DNA of 64,000 nucleotides from assembly GCA_963778115.1 (NCBI GenBank), contig CAVZSV010000004.1, forward strand, positions 1,440,001-1,504,000. The letters are read 5' to 3'. A model generated the notes under the pieces. That model had not been told where the DNA came from, made no database searches, and saw only the letters and a program-made list of their open reading frames with translations. The position numbers and the translations under genes were made by a program. The DNA is from an uncultured delta proteobacterium (GTDB lineage: Bacteria; Bdellovibrionota; FAC87; UBA2466). Below are positions 47,222 through 56,935 of the stretch, in pieces; the first letter of the stretch is position 1, and each line of letters begins with the position of its first letter.

Positions 47222-50188
47222 ATGCAAAGACTTTGGGTTTTATTTCCGCTTCTTGTTCTGTCCACCGCCTGCTCCAAGCCAAAAGTTGATCGTAGCAATA
47301 GTCCCCAATTCGTCGATTCCGCTTCCGTTCAATCGATTTTGATCGCTAGCGAAGAGTGGAGTTTTGATGCCTGCAGACAAGAAATTCAATCCAGCGGCGG
47401 CAAAGTTCTCTACCAAAATAATCTCGGAGTATTCATGACCGATGCCAAGGCCGCTTCGCTCCACTTAAAGGAGTGCAAGGCTATGGTCACGGATAACACT
47501 CTTCTCCCCGCAGCCCCTCCCGCGGCTACCGAAAGCTCTCCTCAAAACGATCTGTCAGCCCTCCTTAGATTGATCCCGGCCGAAGAGATAGGGGCACGCT
47601 CATTCGTCCAATCCCATCCCCACTATGACGGACGTGGAGTTATTATCGCCATTTTAGATACCGGAATAGAACTCGATCACCCGGTACTTAACAAGACTCC
47701 GGATGGATCTTTTAAGACGCTCGATTTTCAAGACTTCTCGGGCGAAGGGCGAGTGACACTAACTGCTATCGCTAAAGACCAGGACGGCTCGGTGAAAACT
47801 CCCAATGGAAATTACCAAGCTAAAACCGTCGAAGGAAGTGACTTTCGTTGGGGAACCTTTAAAGGTTCTTCCCTTAGTTATTCAAGCGGCCTCTCCTCCA
47901 ATGATACTTTTAGCGATGTTGCGGTTCTCGCTTATAAAAATGCTGCTGGCGACTGGCGCGCCCGCGTCGATACGAATAACGACAGCAATTTTGACGATGA
48001 AACCGAATTGTACGATTTCCGCGAATCTCGTCTTTTTACGAAGTTAGGGGCAAAAAAATCTCTCACCGTTTCGGTTACGATTGCCACAAGCGGGAATACC
48101 CTTACTCTTAATTTCGATGACGGATCCCACGGCACTCATGTCGCTGGAATTGCGGCGGGATATGACCCTAAAGGGATGCAGGGAGTCGCCCCCGGGGCTC
48201 AAATCGTTCTGGGAAAGATTGGCGACAATCGTATCCCGGGCGGACCTACCTCCACCTCGTCGATCATGTTGGCCATCGATTTTGCGGTTCAAAGCAAAGC
48301 CCAAATCGTCAATATGAGCTACGGCGCTTCGCCCGGATCAAATCTAGGCACAAGTGCCGTCGACCAATACGTAGATCGAGTCGCTAAAGAAAGAGGTATT
48401 CTCTTTAGTATCAGCGGCGGTAATGACGGTCCGGGGTTACTGACCGTGGGAGTCCCCGGTGGGGCGAATCTCGCTATCACCAATGGTGCGTATCTCTCAC
48501 GAAAAACGGCCGCCGATAATTACGGGTGGATAGGGCTAGAACAAGATGGCATGTGGTTTTTCTCTTCAGTCGGCCCAAGGCTTGACGGAGGATGGAAGCC
48601 AACTCTGCTAGCTCCGGGAACAGCACTCTCTAGTGTTCCCAAATGGAGTGGAAATTTCGGGAATTATAGTGGGACTTCCATGGCCTCTCCTGAAACCACC
48701 GGTGGACTAGCACTTCTATTGAGTGCGGCACAGCAGCAAAAGCTGCTCACTGATCGCGCCTCGGTAACGCGGGCCGTTTACGATTCGGCCAAACGGCTGG
48801 AAGGGATATCTTTAATTGAACAAGGGCACGGGCTATTTAATGTGCCAGCAGCTTTTACTAAATTGTCCCAAATGAAATCGCGCCCCACGGAATTCACTCT
48901 CTCGGTTACCAATCCTGTTTCTCCAACGGGAACCGGCGGTGGAATTTTTGTCAGAGGCCGCAGACTTCCTGAAAATAATTTTTCGGTGTCGGTATCTCCT
49001 GTCATAGAAGATTCTGCGTCGAAAGCAGATCTCCCTTTGAGGACCTTAAAATTGGTTCCCTCGGCAAACTGGATCCGCCTCCCCGAGGAATTGTGGATCC
49101 AATCAACTCCGCGCAGCTTCCAGGTCCGGCTAGATCCCGCTGTTCTTTCGCAACCAGGACTTCACTCTGAAGTCATTACGGCAGTGGACAACCAGAGCGG
49201 AGAAGTGGCGTTTGAAGTCCCAGTAACCGTGGTAGCACCTTATACTTTAGACGACGTCAATCAACACACATTCACCGCAAACGATACCGCACACGTAGGA
49301 AAAACGCTTCGATACTTTTTGGATATCCCCTCGGGAACCACGTCATTGAGTATAGAACTTAGTTCAGACGGTCCGGCCATTTCGGGACAACTCTTAGACC
49401 CGGAAGGAAAAACGGTAACTGCACTCAAAGACTCGACGACTTCCAGCCCTTTACCACCGCTATCTGTGGCAACTAATATTTCCCGGGCGGGGGTTTATGA
49501 ATTCGACGTAGTGGCTTCGCCAGCGCTTTCTTCCCCAGGGAAAATTCAACTTAAGATTAAAGCCTATAGCCTCTCGATCGCCCTGGGCCCCGAAGAAGAG
49601 CCTCAAAAGTTTACGGCATTCGTCCAAAATAATTTCGAGCCGATTAAAGTGGTCCCTTCGATTTCTCTCAACGCCGTAAGATCACAGCGGACGATACTCG
49701 TAAAAGGGTCTGGAACCCAGCTTCCGATCTCTCTTTCAGAGGAAGATCGTAAATTATTCAGCGGCGTGACGCTCAAATTTGTTACCGCGAAATCCACTTA
49801 CGACCTAATGACGGATTTTCCCTACCGGGTTTTGGATAGCCAAGGGGCGGCAGTAACTTCGGGGGGGTTGGATATGAATTCGACGGTAGGTTTTGCAAAT
49901 TTAGATAAATTGCCCGGAGGAGATCTTTCCTTGGAAGTGTCAGGCTCATTTACTACGGAAGCACCTAACCATTGGTCGTTCACTTTGACGGAAAGCCGTC
50001 TATTAATAAACCCAGTGAATATGGGTACCTCTTCGCGTTTCTCATTAGAGACTGGCCAGCAAAAGGGAATCGCTATTGATCTAAATTCAATTCAAAATCC
50101 GCTGGCTAAGGGGTTTGATAATTGCGCGACGCTATCGTTAGCCGATCCCAACGGAAAGGTATTACAGACGACCCCTCTTTGTCGGTAA
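47222..50188 (+). CDS. S8 subtilase, tripeptidyl peptidase II-like lipoprotein
   Basis: Lipobox STAC; ILDTG, long D-to-H insert, HGTHVAG, KIGDNR, GNDGPG, GTSMASP. Confidence 0.88.
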   Translation: MQRLWVLFPLLVLSTACSKPKVDRSNSPQFVDSASVQSILIASEEWSFDACRQEIQSSGGKVLYQNNLGVFMTDAKAASLHLKECKAMVTDNTLLPAAPPAATESSPQNDLSALLRLIPAEEIGARSFVQSHPHYDGRGVIIAILDTGIELDHPVLNKTPDGSFKTLDFQDFSGEGRVTLTAIAKDQDGSVKTPNGNYQAKTVEGSDFRWGTFKGSSLSYSSGLSSNDTFSDVAVLAYKNAAGDWRARVDTNNDSNFDDETELYDFRESRLFTKLGAKKSLTVSVTIATSGNTLTLNFDDGSHGTHVAGIAAGYDPKGMQGVAPGAQIVLGKIGDNRIPGGPTSTSSIMLAIDFAVQSKAQIVNMSYGASPGSNLGTSAVDQYVDRVAKERGILFSISGGNDGPGLLTVGVPGGANLAITNGAYLSRKTAADNYGWIGLEQDGMWFFSSVGPRLDGGWKPTLLAPGTALSSVPKWSGNFGNYSGTSMASPETTGGLALLLSAAQQQKLLTDRASVTRAVYDSAKRLEGISLIEQGHGLFNVPAAFTKLSQMKSRPTEFTLSVTNPVSPTGTGGGIFVRGRRLPENNFSVSVSPVIEDSASKADLPLRTLKLVPSANWIRLPEELWIQSTPRSFQVRLDPAVLSQPGLHSEVITAVDNQSGEVAFEVPVTVVAPYTLDDVNQHTFTANDTAHVGKTLRYFLDIPSGTTSLSIELSSDGPAISGQLLDPEGKTVTALKDSTTSSPLPPLSVATNISRAGVYEFDVVASPALSSPGKIQLKIKAYSLSIALGPEEEPQKFTAFVQNNFEPIKVVPSISLNAVRSQRTILVKGSGTQLPISLSEEDRKLFSGVTLKFVTAKSTYDLMTDFPYRVLDSQGAAVTSGGLDMNSTVGFANLDKLPGGDLSLEVSGSFTTEAPNHWSFTLTESRLLINPVNMGTSSRFSLETGQQKGIAIDLNSIQNPLAKGFDNCATLSLADPNGKVLQTTPLCR

Positions 50189-50193
50189 GAACT

Positions 50194-50649
50194 TTATTCG
50201 ATACCGCCGATGGAATTAGGAAGCACAGGAGGAGCGACGGCTACTTGGGGCGGAAGAAATAACTTCAGCAAGGCTATCTCTTGAACGCCTGAGTCCGAAG
50301 AGAAGAACCGGCTCGAAAACACCAGACTTTGACCGGTTTTCCACACCAGCCTATCGGAGGGGGCCACTTCGGAAACGATGGGAATTTCACGTAGGACCGT
50401 TTTTCTAAAATCAGAAATCGCGTGAGAGAGATCAGAATATTGGGTATCCAATCGCTCCAAATCCATGACCACGGCCTCTTTTTCCTCGACCGTCATATCG
50501 TGAGCACGTTTGGTTTGGGAAGGAAGGATCTTCCAGGCCACGACGATGGAGCTCATACAAAGCACCAATAAAGCCATAGCCAGCAAGCCACGTCGACTTC
50601 CTATTTTTCTAAGGTTCGTAAGATTAACAAACAGCACCGTACACTCCAC
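50194..50649 (-). CDS. Hypothetical single-pass membrane protein
   Basis: One TM and a helical domain; start uncertain. Confidence 0.55.
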   Translation of the reverse strand: MECTVLFVNLTNLRKIGSRRGLLAMALLVLCMSSIVVAWKILPSQTKRAHDMTVEEKEAVVMDLERLDTQYSDLSHAISDFRKTVLREIPIVSEVAPSDRLVWKTGQSLVFSSRFFSSDSGVQEIALLKLFLPPQVAVAPPVLPNSIGGIE

Positions 50650-50798
50650 GTCTTAACGCACCACGGGGGTGGCACTGTGGAGAAGAAAGCAAGGACTGGG
50701 CCGGGGAGGTGGTGCGTGGCACAGACTGCCAAAAGGGATGAGGGCGCAATTTCGTCACTGGAATGTATACGAGGCCGACGGGCAGTGGCCTCTTTCTC

Positions 50799-51106
50799 TT
50801 AAAAGTTTGCGATTAAACAATATCGGTAGTTTAGGTAACCGACCTTTTGGAGGATCTTAAGCTTGAAGTACTCCATGTCTTTGTAGCCATAGGCCTGCCA
50901 TTTAAGCTCCTTGATAGCCCGATTAATGCCCTCCGAAAGGCCTGTGGTGACAGGGAAACGGAAGTAGTTTTTGAGAGTACCCCAGCCCTTTTCGAGATTG
51001 CGGTGCCAGTCCATGAGGTGAGCGAAGCCTGCCTGCCAGATCCAGTCACCGATCTGATCCCACACCACTCTAGCCGAGGTTTCGTCCTTTTCCTGAAAGA
51101 AGGTGA
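50799..51106 (-). pseudogene. ISL3-family transposase C-terminal fragment
   Basis: TTGLSEGINRAIKELKWQAYGYKDMEYFKLKILQ, typical ISL3 DDE C-terminus. Confidence 0.85.
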
Positions 51107-51297
51107 GCCCCATCTCCTTCACTAAAAACCAACACAAAGAAGAATACCCTTCTACCGCAAAAATCTTTCGCTGCTCTATCACAGCTAGGTACGCTAATAC
51201 CTGCGCTTGAATCTTTCTTTCGGCTTTTGCTGACCGACGAAATCGACTTACTAACTCACTATCGTTTAAAGAAAGCGCTATAAAATCTTGTCTCCAC
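51107..51297 (-). pseudogene. N-terminal fragment of a DUF222-like/HNH endonuclease family gene, fused in frame to the ISL3 fragment
   Basis: LNDSELVSRF...AERKIQAQVLAYLAVIEQRKIFAVEGYSSLCWFLVKEMG; SD-GTG at 51297 is out of frame. Confidence 0.6.
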
Positions 51298-51373
51298 CTA
51301 CAAACCTCCGTGTTGTTCTATTTCTACCACGGGTTTTTGGAGTGACTTTTTTTGCGGTATTTACGTCACTGCA

Positions 51374-51391
51374 ACATGATTCGAATCATGT
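51374..51391. promoter_or_regulatory. 18-bp perfect palindrome, candidate operator
   Basis: ACATGATTCGAATCATGT. Confidence 0.4.
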
Positions 51392-51960
51392 GAGGAGCCC
51401 AGGTGATTACCCAAAAAACAATCTCGTAGCGTCGAAGGAAACGAAGAGGAGCGTGGTTTATTTACCAGCGGACAAGTCATGACTCCCATAACCCGATTCT
51501 TTGACGAATCGTGTCAATCATAATTTGTCCGACGCATCCTGTTTTTTTTCTCTTTCTTCTCGGATTTTTGGGTTTGGGGCTTACGGTCCCTTTGGCGTTG
51601 GGGTGCGCAAGAGTTGTTTATTCAAGAACGTCTAACCTGTGCCGTCGCTCCGCTCAGGAAAAGTTTGTACCTTCCGACGCTGGTGCTTGGGTGATGACTA
51701 GTGCATGGACCTCGTTCTGTAATTTGAGACGGGCCTTCCTAGGAGTCCCTGCTTTCTTTTGTGCGAGGCCGTTATGAAGACGGAGGAGTGAGAAGATTGT
51801 TCTGTCGCTGGCGCTTTCGTTTTTTTTCTCTTTATTTTCGGATCTCGGACCGGGATTATTTTTTTGCCGCCGCCGCACCCTACCTCTGGGTTTCCCTCAA
51901 CGGTGTAATCGACCGCAAACGTCATTCGGAAAGAACCCGGGCAGTGGCTTCGTTACTTTT

Positions 51961-52070
51961 GTCATTGCGAAGCCGAGCCGAAGCAACCTGTAAGTCATTG
52001 GGGCGGTGACTCAAAACACTCTAGCCAATTCCGATACGGTTTGCCACGTCGCTTCGCTTCTCGCAATGAG
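51961..52070. repeat. GTCATTGCGA-type palindromic repeat element (REP/RPE-like)
   Basis: GTCATTGCGA...CGAAGCAAC ... TTGCCACGTCGCTTCGCTTCTCGCAATGA with terminal inverted repeat. Confidence 0.6.
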
Positions 52071-52182
52071 GAAAAAGATTTCACTGTGCGAGGAGCAGGA
52101 GCAAAGAACTCGGAACCGCCATCCGGCTAAAGGATTAATCTCTCCGTCGCTTACTATGATAAAATCTCAATAGAGCCACCCC

Positions 52183-53556
52183 ATGCCCACCACCTCCTTC
52201 GACCCAACGGTCTTCGTTCTTCAAGAAACAGACGAGATGCGTCATCCTTACGAAGCGGCACTTCGGGTGGTCGGTTCTGAAATCCTTTGGTTTCATTCCG
52301 TGGGAGCTTTACTAGATGGGACGGTACGGCCGGAACCCATGGCTCTCATCGTAGATCTTGAGTGTCTTAGACAGCCTGTAGAGCCCGAGATAGAAAATCT
52401 AAGAGCTCAATTCCCCAGCACCGAACTCATTGCCCTTTCCGGTACCGACTCTTCTCAACTGGCATTGCAATGCATTCGATCCGGCTTTGGCGACTTTTTG
52501 CTTAAGCCCACCAGTCCGGAAGAGTTAGCTTACAGTATCCGCAAAGCTAGGCAGCGACGCGAATCCATACAAAAAATCCAAGACCCCAGGGCGGGTGTTG
52601 TTAGAGCTATTACACAGATTAACGGTTGCACCACACCGACTTTGGTTCGGCTTTATACGCTGGAATCGTTGCTCAAAACCACCGATGCCGTCGGAGCAGC
52701 TTGGCTTAGTTTGGATAAGAGGGGACCCGAGCTTACTCGAGTGCTCTGCTCGGTTCCTAAACGTACCGCGACATCCAAGATCGTATTTGATCTCCCTTTT
52801 GAGAAAATCAATTTTGGATCGCCCCGTCCCATAGCCCTAAGGCGTCGATCGACCGGACTGCGGAAGCTGTTACTTCCCTGCCGTGACTTTCCCACGGGGG
52901 CCCTTTTCCTTTGGGGAATCAAGGAAAAAATTACGACGAAAACGCTTTCGGCGGCAAAAGTGCTCACCGATCAGGCGGAGATGAGCCTGTTAAATATTCG
53001 AAAGTTTGATGAAGTAAAACAGCAGACGTTTGTCGACGATCTCACGGGGCTTTATAACTCAAGATATCTCAAATATGCCCTTACTAATTCCATCTTAAGA
53101 TGCAAAGCTCCCAACCAAACGTTTTCCGTTCTTTTCATCGATGTTGACCATTTTAAGAATATTAACGACAAGCATAGCCATCTCGTGGGAAGTGAATTTC
53201 TGGTGACGATCGGCAAGACGATCAAAAATGCCGTACGTAGAATTGACCCCGTCTTTCGTTACGGAGGAGATGAGTTTGTAGTCATTCTCAATGGAACCAG
53301 CACCGAAGGGGCGAAAGAGATAGCGGAACGAATTCGAAAAAATATAGAACGCAGGCTCTACGTGATCAAAGAACAACGGATTCAAACTACGGTGAGTATC
53401 GGTATTGCCACTTACCCCGAGCATGCTTCCGACATGGAAACGCTCCTTCGCCTAGCGGATGAAGCGATGTACAGCGTAAAGCGTGAAGCCAGAAACGCCG
53501 TTCATATCGCTCTAGACCCCTCTAAATTACCTCTGGTGGCTCGAAGTTCCCGCTAA
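52183..53556 (+). CDS. Response-regulator diguanylate cyclase (REC-GGDEF)
   Basis: REC Asp (IVDL), LSG, LKP; DDLTGLYN, DHFK, RRID I-site, GGDEF. Confidence 0.92.
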   Translation: MPTTSFDPTVFVLQETDEMRHPYEAALRVVGSEILWFHSVGALLDGTVRPEPMALIVDLECLRQPVEPEIENLRAQFPSTELIALSGTDSSQLALQCIRSGFGDFLLKPTSPEELAYSIRKARQRRESIQKIQDPRAGVVRAITQINGCTTPTLVRLYTLESLLKTTDAVGAAWLSLDKRGPELTRVLCSVPKRTATSKIVFDLPFEKINFGSPRPIALRRRSTGLRKLLLPCRDFPTGALFLWGIKEKITTKTLSAAKVLTDQAEMSLLNIRKFDEVKQQTFVDDLTGLYNSRYLKYALTNSILRCKAPNQTFSVLFIDVDHFKNINDKHSHLVGSEFLVTIGKTIKNAVRRIDPVFRYGGDEFVVILNGTSTEGAKEIAERIRKNIERRLYVIKEQRIQTTVSIGIATYPEHASDMETLLRLADEAMYSVKREARNAVHIALDPSKLPLVARSSR

Positions 53557-54257
53557 TAAAACCTTAGCCGCGGAATCGTAACAATGGCTTCCGCGATAAT
53601 GGAAGGACCCAATTTCGATTCCCCTCGAGTGCGATCCCTAAAGAGAATAGGGATCTCTTTCAGGCGAAGCCCCCCCCGATGAGCCAAATGTTTTAAAAGA
53701 ATCTGAAAACTATAACCTCTTACCTTAAGATCACACTTGAGAAAGGTTTCAACGGCACTAGCCCTCCAAGCAACATACCCGCCCGTGAGGTCCGAGAAGG
53801 GAATGCCCAAAACACAACGAGCATAAAGGTTTCCGCTTCGACTGAGGAATGTTCGGTACCACGGCCACCCTTCGGTTCTGCCGCCCTTCGCATAGCGGGT
53901 CCCCATAACCCCATCAAAGGTTTTTAGCGCTTCCAAAAACTCAGGAATTTGGTCGGGGTCATGCGAGAGATCGGCGTCCATTTCCACAAACATTTCAAAT
54001 TGGCGGTCTAACCCCCATTGAAATCCTTCTCGATACGCCTCCCCAAAACCCTTTTCGCTTTGATTCAAAAGATAAACAGAGCCAGAGTTCCGGCAAGCGA
54101 ACCCTTCCACGAGGGAAGCGGTCCCATCAGGAGAATGCTCGTCAACCACAAGGACTGCCAAATTGGTAATATGAAGCGCTAAAATTCGATCCAAAAGAAT
54201 AGCGATATTAGAGGCTTCATTAAGGGTGGGGATGACGACCAACGTTTTTGGATTCAT
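53553..54257 (-). CDS. Polyprenol-phosphate mannose synthase-like GT2 (DPM1/Ppm1)
   Basis: IPTLNE, SPDGT, EMDADLSH, DLTGGY, FRDRTRGESK. Confidence 0.88.
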   Translation of the reverse strand: MNPKTLVVIPTLNEASNIAILLDRILALHITNLAVLVVDEHSPDGTASLVEGFACRNSGSVYLLNQSEKGFGEAYREGFQWGLDRQFEMFVEMDADLSHDPDQIPEFLEALKTFDGVMGTRYAKGGRTEGWPWYRTFLSRSGNLYARCVLGIPFSDLTGGYVAWRASAVETFLKCDLKVRGYSFQILLKHLAHRGGLRLKEIPILFRDRTRGESKLGPSIIAEAIVTIPRLRFY

Positions 54258-54334
54258 GTCGGAGGAAGAGAGAACGATGGCCTAGAATTCAATTCTTGCG
54301 GAGCCAGTGCCCTAAACTAGCCCCAAATTAGTAA

Positions 54335-54374
54335 GAAGAGCGCCTCCGCCGTCTAAAGGTCGGAGACGCTCTTC
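54335..54374 (-). terminator. Hairpin downstream of the pilin gene
   Basis: GAAGAGCGTCTCCG/CGGAGGCGCTCTTC stem followed by TTACTAATTT. Confidence 0.65.
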
Positions 54375-54396
54375 ATTACCGAATAAGGAAACCTGT

Positions 54397-54414
54397 TCCG
54401 CAGAACTTCTCTAA
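54397..54414. repeat. Downstream arm of the inverted repeat flanking the pilin gene
   Basis: TCCGCAGAACTTCT-CTAA; 14/14 inverted match to 55080-55093. Confidence 0.9.
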
Positions 54415-54423
54415 AGGAAACGT

Positions 54424-55014
54424 TTAATAAACGCCGTCGCTTACGTTCGCGAGAGTTCGGGTATTATCCATCGTCCAAACGTCAGCAGGGGCAGATGCGT
54501 TGTTTGAAACGTAGCCGCCAGACGCCCCTAAGAACGTGGCGCCAGTACTATCTGGTGCCACCGCAATGCACGCTTTCGTGTAGTTCGTACCGCCAATAAT
54601 CGCATAGGAATTGGCACCGTTGGAAACCGTTGCGGATACCGTGCTATAGGTCGGATAGGCCGTGTAGAGCGCGGTTGCGTTTCCTGAGTTAATCGGCGCA
54701 AGGCTTGTGGGCGCTGTAGAACAGTTAACTCCTCCGGGAAAGCCCGTCGAATAGGTTCGGCTTCCCTGAGTTCCATCCACGGTAAATCCAACTGCCGTAA
54801 TGTTGTTTCCATACACGCCATACTCGGAGAAGAATGCCGTCTCCGTCGTATAAAGGGCACCCAAAGCGACTTTGGCTTCCGATTTTTTCGATTTTTCAAT
54901 CATCTTTTGAAAAGTAGGAACGCCTATCGTAGCCAAAACTCCGATGATGGCGACGACTACAAGTAATTCAACCAAGGTAAAACCGGCGCGAGAGCGCAGG
55001 TAAAATCTTTTCAT
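54424..55014 (-). CDS. pilA: Type IV major pilin
   Basis: G|FTLVELLVVVAIIGVLA prepilin site with E5; KSEAKVALGALYTTETAFFSE; AAGGAG SD. Confidence 0.9.
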   Translation of the reverse strand: MKRFYLRSRAGFTLVELLVVVAIIGVLATIGVPTFQKMIEKSKKSEAKVALGALYTTETAFFSEYGVYGNNITAVGFTVDGTQGSRTYSTGFPGGVNCSTAPTSLAPINSGNATALYTAYPTYSTVSATVSNGANSYAIIGGTNYTKACIAVAPDSTGATFLGASGGYVSNNASAPADVWTMDNTRTLANVSDGVY

Positions 55015-55075
55015 AGAGAGATCTCCTTATTTGGTCCCGAAAGGTTATTATTCCCAATTACGATTTTTTTGAATG

Positions 55076-55093
55076 CTAAAGAAGTTCTGCGGA
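55076..55093. repeat. Upstream arm of the inverted repeat flanking the pilin gene
   Basis: Minus strand reads TCCGCAGAACTTCTTTAG. Confidence 0.9.
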
Positions 55094-55368
55094 TAAATAG
55101 ATAGTTATTAAATGGTAAACCTATTCGCATTCTTTTTCTATACAAAAATTGTGAAATCGCGCCGCTTCACAGTCGGCGGAAAGTCGGCCCACATAAGTTG
55201 CTAAAAGCTCACTAATATTCGTCAAATTTGCTAAACTAGCCACCAAAGGTGATACCCTCTTTTTAGGTTCGACAGAGAGTCGCTAGGCTCGCATTTTCAG
55301 CGCAATAATACTGAGCGTTGTCCTACTGCTTGGACCAAATCTAACTGGAGGCGTATCGGATTCCTTTC

Positions 55369-56214
55369 ATGAAACCTTTAGTGCAAACTATCAAGCGAAA
55401 CGGAAAGAAAAAGACTCAGGGATCCGACGCTTCTGGCACTGTGCTCTCTCAATTCTCGCTATTATTGCCCACCCTTAACGAAAGAGAAAATATTGAGCCT
55501 CAGATTAGAGCGATATTACGAGCGCTGCCCTCCATACATCAGATTTTAGTACTGGATGACCGCTCTACCGACGGAACTCCCCAAGCGGTGAAATCAGAAT
55601 TTCGAAAGGAAATACGATCCAAGAAAATTATCGTTATCGAGCGCAAGAAAAATTTTGGTCTCGCCAAAAGTCTTAAAGAAGGGGTCGATCGGTCGGAGAC
55701 TAAATTTATAGGCTGGATGGATTGCGATCTCTCCATGCCACCGGGACTCTTCCTTAAGATGCTTCTTCTAGTCGCAAAAGATTATGATGTCTGCATAGGC
55801 ACCCGATTTGGAGAAGGCGGCAAACAAAAAAAACTTAGCCATAGCCAACGCGATTCGAAAGTAGAGATCCTTCTTTCTAACGTTCTCAATGCGGTACTAA
55901 AGCGTTTTTGTCCGTTACCCATTACCGACTTTACCAGCGGATTTTTGGTCGGGCGAAGAGAGGTCTTGAAGAAAGCGCCGTGGAGGGGAACCCACGGAGA
56001 GTATTTTATCGAGCTCATGTTTCATCTCGCCGAATCGAAAGCCAAGCTAACGGAGATTCCCTACGAAATAGGAACGAGAGAGTTCGGAGACTCTAAGACC
56101 TTCGGAACGTTAACCGCTTCGTTGGTCAATTCTTTTAGATATACCCAGGTAACCCTAAGGTCCATCGGCCGGGCCCTTCTCAAAAGCTCCGCGCGAAGAT
56201 ATAAAGAAGATTAA
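55369..56214 (+). CDS. GT2 glycosyltransferase, DPM1-like polyprenol-phosphate sugar synthase
   Basis: LPTLNE, DDRSTDGT, MDCDLS, DFTSGF, REFGDSK. Confidence 0.85.
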   Translation: MKPLVQTIKRNGKKKTQGSDASGTVLSQFSLLLPTLNERENIEPQIRAILRALPSIHQILVLDDRSTDGTPQAVKSEFRKEIRSKKIIVIERKKNFGLAKSLKEGVDRSETKFIGWMDCDLSMPPGLFLKMLLLVAKDYDVCIGTRFGEGGKQKKLSHSQRDSKVEILLSNVLNAVLKRFCPLPITDFTSGFLVGRREVLKKAPWRGTHGEYFIELMFHLAESKAKLTEIPYEIGTREFGDSKTFGTLTASLVNSFRYTQVTLRSIGRALLKSSARRYKED

Positions 56215-56935
56215 AATCATTAACGCGAGCCTCGCGGGCTTCGAATGCGGTGAACACGTTACGTAATTCGAACCCCGCTTCTTGAGCCAGCCTAATAAGT
56301 TCATGGGGAGTGTCGTATAACAAGTGCTTTTCCTCAAAACGAGCTTCCGTGGACAGATTATCCAAGAACCGATAGCGAACCTCCATCGTCTGACGGAGCC
56401 AATCGCAATGAGCGTCGGTTATGCGGGTCCACTCGGCCCCCTCGAATCTTATCTTTTTCTTCTTGGAAGTCTCGCTCAATAAAGGAACCGCGATTCCGTT
56501 CCAACATTCGATAAAGAGTAACCCCTTTGGTTTAAGACGTTGATAAAATTTTCGAAAAAGGTCCCGCGTTGATTCTTTTGACTCTAGGTAGTTAACAACT
56601 GCGAAAAGCATCATTATCGCGTCCCAGTTACCGTCAGAAGGAAGTTTTGAAACAAGCTTTACAGAAAGTTTTGTTTTGAGCGCTTTCTTTTGGCAGCACT
56701 CCAACATTCCCTTGGAACTATCAATCCCGGTCATTTCGTAACCCAATTCAGCAAAACGAAGCAGATGGTTGCCAGTGCCACAGCCAAAATCTAAGAGCCG
56801 TCCATGGCTAATTCCGTAATCCGTCAGAAGTTTGGCAAGAAAACTAACCTCCCCGGCATAATCTTTGTCCTTGTACAGAGCGTCATAAAAGGACGAATAC
56901 CTATCTCCAAAGGAAGTTACTCTCGACTCTGTCAT
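56180..56935 (-). CDS. Class I SAM-dependent methyltransferase
   Basis: YDALYKDKDY, LDFGCGTG, GIDSS, LKPKG. Confidence 0.9.
   Translation of the reverse strand: MTESRVTSFGDRYSSFYDALYKDKDYAGEVSFLAKLLTDYGISHGRLLDFGCGTGNHLLRFAELGYEMTGIDSSKGMLECCQKKALKTKLSVKLVSKLPSDGNWDAIMMLFAVVNYLESKESTRDLFRKFYQRLKPKGLLFIECWNGIAVPLLSETSKKKKIRFEGAEWTRITDAHCDWLRQTMEVRYRFLDNLSTEARFEEKHLLYDTPHELIRLAQEAGFELRNVFTAFEAREARVNDFNLLYIFARSF

Noticed and set aside
51511..52009. Short ORFs as genes or as the HNH C-terminus
   Set aside because: No convincing HNH or CxxC motif; low-complexity repeat-derived sequence
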